DNA of 33,396 bases, taken from assembly GCA_000320545.1 (NCBI GenBank), contig ADNK01000622.1, positions 1 through 33,396 on the forward strand. The letters are read 5' to 3'. Source of the DNA: Bigelowiella natans CCMP2755. Its lineage: Eukaryota > Protista > Cercozoa. Under the pieces are notes generated by a model, which was not told the origin of the DNA, did no database searches, and worked only from the letters and a program-made list of their open reading frames with translations. Position numbers and translations under genes: made by a program. Below are positions 23,752 to 33,396 of this stretch, piece by piece; position 1 is the stretch's first letter; each line of letters opens with the position of its first letter.

Positions 23752-26354
23752 CTGGCATCTACTGATATCAAATCCTCTGTCGATTCTTCATCCTGAGGTA
23801 GGTACCATGAAATACTTAAATCATAAATTCCATTTACTACGATAAAGAATTGATGACAGTAATACCTCGCTTGTTGCCGTTGTCAGTGAATCCTGCCTTC
23901 CATGTGGTGCCACCTTGGGTAGTAGATTGATAATAACATTTAGAACATTGACAGCAACAGCAGAAGCAATATCATCATTATCATCATCATCATCCTCCTT
24001 CATTTACCGAAAGTTGTTCTTGCGTTCTTGCTCCTCCATAGACTATTCTATAAGGGCGACCAAACTTGGGATCCTAAATGAGAAAATGTGATCAGTGGAG
24101 AAGAGCAATGTCGTAGTTCCTTTTGTATTGCTGATAATATATCGAAGAACAAATATTTACAAGTCCCCTCCCTGCTCCCTCTCCTCCTATATTTAGAACC
24201 TCCTTAATCAATCAATCATCACCCTGTTGTAGTCTGGCTTGATACAGCTAAAGAAGCCACCTGTCGTCGTTACCGTAGTAGCAGTAGCAGAACGCAACAA
24301 CATCATTTATTCGAAGTAATTGTCCTTTTTTTTACTCATATGCGGCCGATAATCTCACTACTATGCGTTTGAAGAATAATCCTGCACGACGGTATTTTTA
24401 GAGTGCATGTCCGCCAATAACATAACAACAACAATTTTTCAATATTCCATGGGCAATGGGTCGTCATCATCACAACTACTACTAATAATACGACAATATT
24501 ACACGAATTGACCAAGTATTAACGATGTCAACAACCTGTAGATGCAGGTTTCACGCAAGCAGAACCAGCAGGACAGCAATACAAGCCTTGTTCCTGAGTA
24601 GTAGAGTAGGAAGTAGTAGTTGTAAGAAATAGTTGTCACAGTTATATTGTAGTACCACAGCTCCAACCAACCAACCAACCAGGATTGGCTTAAGATTGAT
24701 GAGTAGGAGAGAGACAGATTACTAATGATAACTAAAACTATATTTTAATTTGGCGATTTGAGTGTTTACTCGCATTGGTGAGCATGAAAGTGAGAATGGC
24801 ATCTCTTCATCATCTTCGTTGCATATAGTACATACCCCGCAGCACACCCCATTCGGCACGGTGCATGTCCGGGAGTTGCAAACGACATTATGATGTGAAG
24901 GGGGAGGAGGAGAAGGAGGAGAAGGATGGCCAGGGCCAACTTCATCACTTGTTAAAACTGTGTTGCTGCTGTCTGGAGTTGAAGATGATCTTCTCATGAT
25001 ACCTAAACAGTAGTTAAAAACACAGTGGCGGCGCCTTCTTCATTTATCGTCATAAAGAATCAGTAGTGTTTGTTTTTCATTGGTTACTACCACGAGAGTC
25101 TTGAATTATGTCGTCAGTCCTTTCTTTGATCGCTGATCTTGCTGCTACCTGCTGTTCTCCTCTTTTTGGCGAGGAAGCAGGAAAATTTTTATCCGCACCT
25201 AACTTGCTGCTTGGGAAATGATTCCGAGAAGTGTTGTTTGAGAATGACGTGCTATTCAGGATGAGCCCTCCATTAATTGATGTGTTTCCACCTTTAATTT
25301 ATGTGTTTGGAAATTAAATGGATAGGTTATCTACAATTGAACACCACTTAATATATAAGCACCATGGTTGCAACTCTGGAGGAATCGAGGCCCACTGTCT
25401 TGATTAGATTCGTGGCAGTCATCAACATGGCGATGAAGGCGCTTATGATTGTTGTGCCGATGTCTTTGAGAATGACGATGATGAATGCATAAGTAAGTCA
25501 ATTTCTCCACCCCTTCCTGTATAGGGTTGAAATCATGATTCAAGTGAATAACGTGTAATGGAATATCATAGTTTTGCCGCAAAGGACAGAGTAATTCATT
25601 ATTTTTGCTTGATTGTATGGAATATTGGAGGAAAAGTGCATTAAATTTCACATAGTATATGTGTTTATATACTCTGATTTTTTGCTCTTCTACCAAAAGC
25701 TCACAAATTCTATCATGACCGTAGCTTGTGAGAAGCATTGCGATCCTCTCCTACAGCAAAAGTTTCCTCCGTCGCAGCACGTCGCGCCATCAAATTGGCA
25801 GAATGTGGTGGTGCTGCTGCCTTGAACATCATCAGTACCGCCACTGCATTGTGTCATGCCCTCTTCCTTGGTCGCAGCTGCCTGGTGGACTCTTAATCCT
25901 AAGGCATATGCCTGAAATTCTGCATCAGACTCTATCTCAAAAAATTCGGGTGAATTATTCAGATAAAGGCGGCGGTGTGCTTTCCGGAAGCGTAATTGAT
26001 CAACACCCTCGTGTTGCTGCTGTCTTCCTCCATCTGGTAATATTGTGTCGTTTTGTATCCATTTTGTGACACGAATTGATGTGTTTTTTGATGCAGGAGA
26101 TAGGTGTTTTTGGCCCATTTTCCCAACTTCCTTCTCATTGGTTACGGAAGCAGTAGCCACAACAATGGCCAACAAGCTGAAGATAATTCCCCTTTTTATG
26201 AATTATATTGATCTATTCAAAGATAGCTCATATTCTTTGTTGATATAGCTTGGCAACATTCATAAATGAGCACGAAAAAAATCATATATGCGGTGATAAC
26301 AACACACCTGCTACTGAACGCGAGAACTGTTTCTGGCCCCAACCCAAGCTTCAT
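23748..26354 (-). CDS. Secreted Cys-rich protein with two granulin-like (CC..CC) modules
   Basis: Exon 26308-26354 plus the exon starting at 26176 give the signal-peptide-like MKLGLGPETVLAFSSSLLAIVVATAS. Module 1 CQFDGATCCDGGNFCCRRGSQC (~25735-25802). Module 2 spliced from 24836-25002 + 24536-24593: CNSRTCTVPNGVCCGEQGLYCCPAGSAC, after a Pro-rich linker. Putative last exon 23748-23792 (DEESTEDLISVDAS*). Confidence 0.7.
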
Positions 26355-27001
26355 TGTTTGAATCTTGAAAAAAAAATTCTGTTATTTTAGTAGCGCACAT
26401 CACATCCAGAAAATCACCTGAAGAAGTCCGCACTGAAGAAGATCGATGTTGGATGACTCCAATAATGTAACCACCACTTACGATCGCAGCGAACTCTAAA
26501 CACGAGAGCTCATTGTCATCACTATCGCAGCGGGAGTTTGAAAATTCAAATCTACCGCGAATTGGCTGGAGGCCGACATTTTAAGGAAGCAGAAACTAGT
26601 ATAAATCGCCTGTATCGGATTAGGATTTTTCGTGTAGGAGTAGATATATTGCAAAAAAGCGTAAGTAAGACACAAAGATTATTATTATTCATATTGTTAT
26701 TATTACCGGTGATATACCACAGCTAATATCACACAATAATAAAATGCAGACGAAGAAGTAGAAAATATGCAGCTACTAGAAAACTATTATTGGGATTAGA
26801 GACAGATCTAGATGTTTCTACAACATATTTTGTTCTACGATAGTATGCATCTTTTGGAGTAGAAATGTCCCTGGTTATGTTGTCGCAATGTAAATTAGAA
26901 GGGGAAAACATGTGAAAACATGTGCTTGAAGAAGAAAGACAAGGGATTAGAAAGTCCGGCACCTCATCGCCCCCCGGCCAAATAGGCGAGCACCTAACAA
27001 T
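26355..27001. promoter_or_regulatory. Probable bidirectional promoter/5' UTR region between divergent genes
   Basis: Lies between the granulin-like gene ATG (26354, minus) and the candidate TAF5 first exon (ATG 27002, plus). Positional inference only. Confidence 0.35.
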
Positions 27002-27388
27002 ATGAGCTATAATCCACATCGGTACCACCAGTACCAGCTACAAAGGATGTTATCTTCCAAGGAACCTGACCAGGATACTGTTGATTCGCTTCTAATCCAG
27101 TAAGAATGAACTTTCTTCACGAATCCAATGCCTGCTTCACGAATAATGGAGCGTTGCCGGGCTTTTGACTTCGAAATCATCTGCATTTCAATTTACATTT
27201 TCAATATCGTATTACATCTTGGAAACCTTGCGGTGAATGGGAGTTATTATCGTAGTTGTTCGAAATTCATTTTGGTTTTCTTTAACGATATACCACGGAT
27301 GTAGTACGTAGTGTTAAGCAGCCCTTTCTTTAATAATGTGTTGCGAGTAACAAACAAAGGGGGATGGTTATCGATACAAAAATTATAG

Positions 27389-28567
27389 TGATGATAATGA
27401 TGACGACGAAATGCACGACTTATTTCACTTTCTTACGGAGATGTAATAGTAAAAATTAATGTTGGGGTTGCTGCTGTTCCTGCTTCTGCCCTCTTCTCCC
27501 TCTCACCTGCTTATTACTTGTTGCAAGGTATATGCGCGGGAGGGGTTTCACGGCATCTTTAGAAGCATTCAAATCGGAGTCTAAAACAAGCGATCTGGTG
27601 CTGCATCGAATGATTTTATTATTAGTAGTACGGTTAAATATAAATAATCGTTCTATTTGAAGTTGTGAGAGGGGGGGCAAGGGTGGAACTGTATTTTTTT
27701 TGCGTTTGTGGAAGCATTGATTTACAAGATTAGGATATCAATAAGTCTCTCTCCTTATCATAAGCTATATTATCCAACAGATCGGTGATATAACGCTTGA
27801 TGCTCACACAAATGTCTCAAATATCATAAATCCATTTCGGAGAGAAGAGTCTTCTCCATCGGTAGTATCTGCCTTAAAATTATTATTATTAATGTTATTA
27901 TTTTTTTTGTTATCAATGTACGTATGTTATTCGATCTATCTTCGACACTCTAATAATAGCTCTGCTCTTTTAAACTTCTTGTGTGTTCTTTCCCACTATT
28001 ACTCTTTCTCCTCCTTCGTAGCACTATGTCGAGGCGTATCGAAAACTACAGGCGTGGATTGAAACCTCCATCGATATTTATCGTTATGAGATGCAAGTCA
28101 GAAGAAGAAAAAGAAGAAGAAGAACAAGAAGAAGAAGAAGAAGAGACATATCTTAATCATAATTCGCAAATGAGTTGTGTTGTTACGTGAAATAATTGAA
28201 GCTTGTTACTATCTTATATAGAAAATTCTGTGGCCACTTCTTGTGCACGTATTTCTTGATATGGTGCAGAAGAATTTCATCCACCAGGTGTCAAATGAGT
28301 AGTAGTAATCGTAGTAGTAATAGCAGTAGTTATACTCAGATCAGACCTATCAATGATGACCAACTCATTCATCGTCAAATTATTATTGCGGTGCTACTAT
28401 ATATGTACTCTTCTCACAGGCACAGAAGCTTATGGAGGCGAATATTCGCGTTTTTAAGAAGAAACACGTCCAGGAGATCACGTAAGATGATAAGCTGAGA
28501 ATATGATGAGATTGCGTAAGAAGGCAATATGATGATGATGATGATGATGATGATGATATCACAGCCC

Positions 28568-28604
<37 letters not shown>

Positions 28605-29503
28605 GAGTGATGACATGGTAGTAGGGTAGTAAGTATTTGCTCATTATTATTACTATTTTCTCAGAAAGCTACAGCAAATCTCATCACAGGCGGATTTGAA
28701 GACTAACTCTATGGCGAAGTAAGTCGTAGTTGTGTCATAATCATCACATGATGATGATTTGTCCTCACATATGAAAAACCAAGAATGTCGTTGTCGTAAA
28801 ATGTACCGTTACAGTGAAATATTGTAGGTCTGCTGATTGATATGTGCGTGTGATTTGACGTGTATTATTATTTGTGGATTGTGTGATAATGATGTTAATG
28901 ATTCTGATGATGATGATGATAAGGATGATGGTGATAATGATGGAAATAGGTACTTTCTCGAAAAAAAGACGAAAGTGACGATGTCTCAGTTCTCCCATCA
29001 ATTACTTTTCTCGTTTCTAGAGCAATCAAGGTATTATTAAAGTTGATGATGATGCAGTGGTAACATCACATTCAAGCACAATACAGATGTATATCACAAC
29101 AACCTAAATATTTATTAACTAGAATTGTTTCTTCGCTGAATCTTGCTTCTTCTTCTTCTCCTTCTTCTGTTGTTCTTATTGAAGCTTCATGCTGCTTTTG
29201 CGGCTGCTGAATGAGCACGTCCAAATCTCTGCCACAACACGGGCGCCATTATCAAGAAAAGACATAGACGCTCTCCCAAAACAAGAGACGAATCAAATGG
29301 AGGAGGAGGATAAACTCAATCAAGAGAAATTCGAGTAATAATATGATAAATATTGTCGTAGCCTGTTTCCAGCTGTTAGATTAAAACAGCATCATCATCA
29401 TTATCATCATCAGCAGCAGCAATAGCAGCAGAAATACCTATGTGGTGTTGTACGTATGCATATACAGCAGGGCAGGTGATGAGAATATATCAACGATTTA
29501 TAT

Positions 29504-29546
<43 letters not shown>

Positions 29547-31198
29547 CTTCCCCCTCTCTCAGGTTTTGGGGCGCTCTTCCTGCAGAGAATGAGTTGCATT
29601 CCATAGCATTAGCGAAGGTAGTAGAAGTAGTAGTAGTAGTTAAAGTACAACCAGTTGAAAGAATTTATCGACGAGTAAGAATAAGACTTAGCATACTGCC
29701 ACAAGTGAAGAAATTGAATGATATTTCTCGACTAGTATGTTGATGATTTAAGTTAAAAGCAATTCTGTCATCATGAATGACAAAGATGATAGATATGTAG
29801 CGTAGTTTGAAAGCATGAAAGAACACACAACAACAGCATCATCGTCCTCATCATCATCGTCATCTATTACAAGTGGGGAGCAACGAAGTAGCAAAGAAGG
29901 AATCAAACAAGAACAGTTATAGAATGCAGTTACTTAGTTAGCAAGACATGGTGGTGATGGTGATGATGAGGATGATGATATTGATTATGTGCTTCAGGGT
30001 TTTGGTGGTATATTACAACCTGGAATAAGCCTTGGAGGAGGAGGAGATAGTAGCAGCATGTCGTCCTCGTCACAGCAGCTTCTTGTCGCACCACAACCAA
30101 TGACTATACCACCGGTTAGAAGAAGAAGAATAGATGATGATGATGATGATGTTGTTGTTGTTATTACTAGTGATAATACTGAGCATTATTATGATCATGA
30201 ATACTAATGAACCTCTCCTCTTCTTCCTTTGGAAAATGACGATTCTTCGTCTCTATTGGCTGCTCACTCTACCACTGCTACTACTCGCCATTATGATAAT
30301 GATGATGATGATATACTACATGGACATCATATAATAATGGACAACATATTATATTCAATAAGCATGCGGATTCCGTACCATATCCATGATAATAATAATA
30401 ATAATAATCATCATCATCATCATTGTTGTTGTTGTTGTTTACAATTTCCAGGACAAAGCCGTTCCAATACCGGACATGAAAGAAAGGTCTACTGCTGCTG
30501 CAGCTACTGCTACGACTGCTACTACTATTACTGAGTGCTGCTACGAGCACTGAATGATACAGTGATGATGTTATTATTACTACTACTACTACTGCTGCTA
30601 TTACTACCACTACAAGTATGAGTACCCTTACAAATACAAAGTAGCAGTACTGCTACTAAACCAACACGACAACAGCATCTACCTACTATATCATAGTAGT
30701 ACGTAGTAGTAGTAGTAGTAATAATAGTGTTGGCAATAAAACACGTAGTAATGTTAGTAGTAGTAGTAGTAGTAATAAATAGTAGTGGTGTGAGAGAAGA
30801 AGAAGAGTGAAGAACGATCGATTGTAATAACATCATCATCGAGATATGTATATTATATATGTATATATCGTAATAAGAACGTGTTGCATCATATATATTC
30901 TTGAACAAACAGAGAAAAGCAGAAGAGACTGAAGGACCTCCAAGTAGTAGTTGTAGTAGTAGTTGAAGTAGTAGTTGTTGTTTCATTATCGTGTGTCGTC
31001 ACACAAGCAACACTCCTCCTCCTCCTCCTCCTCCTCCTCCTCCTCCCCAATGAGGAGGAAGGACCACCTAATAGATATATTTATATGTTGTGATAATAAC
31101 AAGATCTCATCATTGGATTAATTGATATTACTAATAAATAAGTTAGCCAGCATAGAAGAAGCAGCCATCATCACACAACACTTATGATTGACCACATT

Positions 31199-31229
<31 letters not shown>

Positions 31230-31795
31230 CTGATATCCTCTACCTCCAAATATAGGCTCGCATTAAATTGGGAGCTCCCAATGGTGGTGGGGGGATTATG
31301 CCCTCAATCTGCATGTAATTAATAATTGGAAGAAAAAGAAAAAGAAGAAGAAGGGCAAATTCCAACAACAGCAACAACAACAACAACAACAGCATTGTTA
31401 AGTAGTGTGCATGTTGTATGGCAAGAAACAACATCGTATGTTATGTTACGTTATATTATGTCACTCAGGATCTTCTGCTGCTCTTGTTGTCCCCCTCCTT
31501 CTTTTTTTTCCCTTCTTCTTCTTCTTATTGCCTTAGCACGCTAGTAGTAGTACTACTACTACTTTTAAACTACCTGCATAATAACCCTACCACTACTACT
31601 ACTACTACTGCTACTACTGCTAGGTACACCCTTCTCAACGCAGAATCATCAACCTCGATTTGCATATCTCGCGACGTTAGTAGTTGTACTAGTTATAGTT
31701 ATAATAGTAGTATTCGTAGTGTGTACCACTAGCAGTGCTAAAGTCTATTTTTTCATCTTCCTCCTCCTCCTCCTCCTCATCCTACATGCATAATT

Positions 31796-31832
<37 letters not shown>

Positions 31833-31937
31833 GTGTTTACCATTGTTTACCTTAATGCACGTCATCTTGTCTCGTCTTTTCTTGTCTTACTACTACTGCT
31901 ACTACTACTATTATGATACACGATGGTGTGATTATCC

Positions 31938-31971
<34 letters not shown>

Positions 31972-32170
31972 CATAACAACCAACCAACCAACCAACCAAA
32001 AGGCGTCATTGGTAGCCAGTGGATTTGGTGATTCTACGGTCAAAATGTGGAATCTTGAAAAGGTTGTTATGATGATGAGAAGTGAGGAGGAGGAGGAGGT
32101 GGATAAGCAGACAGAACAACCATAGTAGAAGATTATGATGCCGATAATGATACTGCTGATGATGATATGG

Positions 32171-32206
<36 letters not shown>

Positions 32207-32422
32207 ATGATGATGAAGATGATGATGATGAAAAGGCCCGTTCATACGCTCGTAGCTGGTCAATGGAGGATAAGAAGAAGAAGAAGAAAGCTGCAGCTTC
32301 GTTGTCGTCATCATCATCAGCAGCAGCAGCAATGGTGCTGGATGGCAGCACCAGTAGTAGTAACAGTAATGGAGTTGGTGCGGAAATCGATCCGAGTTTG
32401 ATGAGAGATGTTAAATTGAAAG

Positions 32423-32456
<34 letters not shown>

Positions 32457-32559
32457 CACATCGTCGTCCTCTACTACATCATCATCCTTCGTCGGGGGCA
32501 GTAGAAGAGCCATAAGCAAACAAGAGATAGATGGAACTTGGCCGCTTTATAAAAAGCTG

Positions 32560-32590
<31 letters not shown>

Positions 32591-33095
32591 CAGTAGTAGC
32601 AGCAGTAGTAGCAGCAGTAGTAGTAATGAGTCGTCTGTAATTCTACCAAGATACCCTACCTAGTAGCATGTTCTGTTTAAGATTATCATGATGATGATGA
32701 TGAGCTGGTCGTTTAACAGGTGGGACATCGAGGTCCTGTATTTTGTGCTGATTTCTCGCATGATAAAGAGTTCTTGCTGACTGGGTCGCAGGTATTCGTA
32801 GACGTGGTGGTACTAGTGGTAGTGTAGTTGCTGTTGTCGTTGTAGCAGTAGTAAGTAGTAGTAAGTAGTAGTAGTACGACTACCTGTGATCACGATGAAA
32901 CTGCTGCTGCTTCTTCTTCTTCTTCCATAGTGGATGATAATGTCTCTCGTCGTGATGATGATGATTCTTCTTCTTCTTCTTCTTCTTCTTCTTCTTCCCA
33001 AGGATTGCACCATTCGACTCTGGAATACAGAGACAGCTTTGAGTCTTGCTTCTTACCGGGTATGTACGTACTACTACTACCTGCTGCTGCTGCTG

Positions 33096-33134
<39 letters not shown>

Positions 33135-33396
33135 GCTACCAAGAGGATTCGTATTCTTCTTCTTCCTCTAACAGAGCAGCTCCTCCTTCTCCTCCTCCTC
33201 CTCCTCCTCCTCCTCCTCCTCCTCCTACTACTACTACTCTGTGGTTCCTTCTCGTTTTGTTGTACACCCTGTTTGTTTGTTTGTTTCTTTCTTTCTTTCT
33301 TTGTTTAGGGTCATAGTTATCCTGTTTGGGATGTTACTTTCTCTCCAGTTGGTTACTACTTTGCTTCTGCATCATTGGACACCACAGCTAGGCTAT
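27389..33396 (+). CDS. TAF5: Transcription initiation factor TFIID subunit 5 (3'-partial; start probably upstream, candidate ATG 27002)
   Basis: Phase-consistent exons: LisH 27389-27442 + 27528-27597 (DLFHFLTEMYMRGRGFTASLEAFKSES); NTD2 28022-28096 (YVEAYRKLQAWIETSIDIYRYEMQ) then KILWPLLVHVFLDMV, KVTMSQFSHQLLFSFLE, LLLRLLNEHV; FWGAL (~29563); WD40 31256-31314 + 31624-31675 (RIKLG..MPSICMYTLLN), 32003-32062 (LVASGFGDSTVKMWNL), 32720-32791 (VGHRGPVFCADFS..LLTGSQ), 33003-33059 (DCTIRLWN..ASYR), 33309-33396 (GHSYPVWDVTFSPVGYYFASASLDTTARL). Domain order and motifs match TAF5. Confidence 0.95.

Larger units (their letters stand above)
1..33396. repeat. Very dense simple repeats, mostly intronic: (TAG/CTA)n, (GAT/ATC)n, (AAG/CTT)n, (AAC/GTT)n, (CCT)n, (TA)n, (GA)n, (CA)n
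   Basis: Examples: (AAG)n 388-425, (CTT)n 538-580, (CA)n 1645-1677, (CA)n/(TA)n 9793-9862, (TA)n 16673-16710, (CCT)n 33189-33226. Absent from both TpA-depleted islands. Confidence 0.95.

Noticed and set aside
24008-24075. YGGARTQEQL resembling the PDI/thioredoxin YxGxR motif
   Set aside because: No CxxC or other thioredoxin-fold sequence in the neighbouring exons; too short to support.
1-33396. Most listed ORFs with poly-Y/L/I/S/H/V/E runs
   Set aside because: They are stop-free frames through intronic trinucleotide or dinucleotide repeats, or antisense shadows of real exons.
1-33396. CRISPR arrays, tRNA or rRNA genes
   Set aside because: No repeat-spacer periodicity and no recognisable tRNA/rRNA motifs seen by eye; the context is eukaryotic.

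Overview
Eukaryotic, intron-dense, AT-rich DNA with microsatellite-filled introns (protist-like; the taxon cannot be determined from sequence). Splicing GT-AG exons by hand gives five minus-strand genes: a probable membrane protein, a repeat/coiled-coil protein, an unknown protein, a large IQ-motif/EF-hand-like protein and a secreted protein with two granulin-like Cys modules. A plus-strand TAF5 (LisH, NTD2, WD40) runs off the right end. The standout signal is two GC-richer, microsatellite-free islands (~2541-4100 and ~21230-23520) from which TpA has been almost erased. Manual counts give 12 and 7 TpA, including two ~970-bp stretches with none. Of the 19 survivors, 12 are CTAG and the other 7 are CTA or TAG. 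The islands hold decayed, intronless, Tyr-free coding sequence enriched in Cys/His/Met. This fits a strand-symmetric TA->TG/CA (A->G) hypermutation that spares 5'-TAG: a RIP-like genome-defence signature with the opposite chemistry to fungal RIP, which appears to leak into the 3' end of a neighbouring host gene. All counts and gene models are manual and need computational confirmation.
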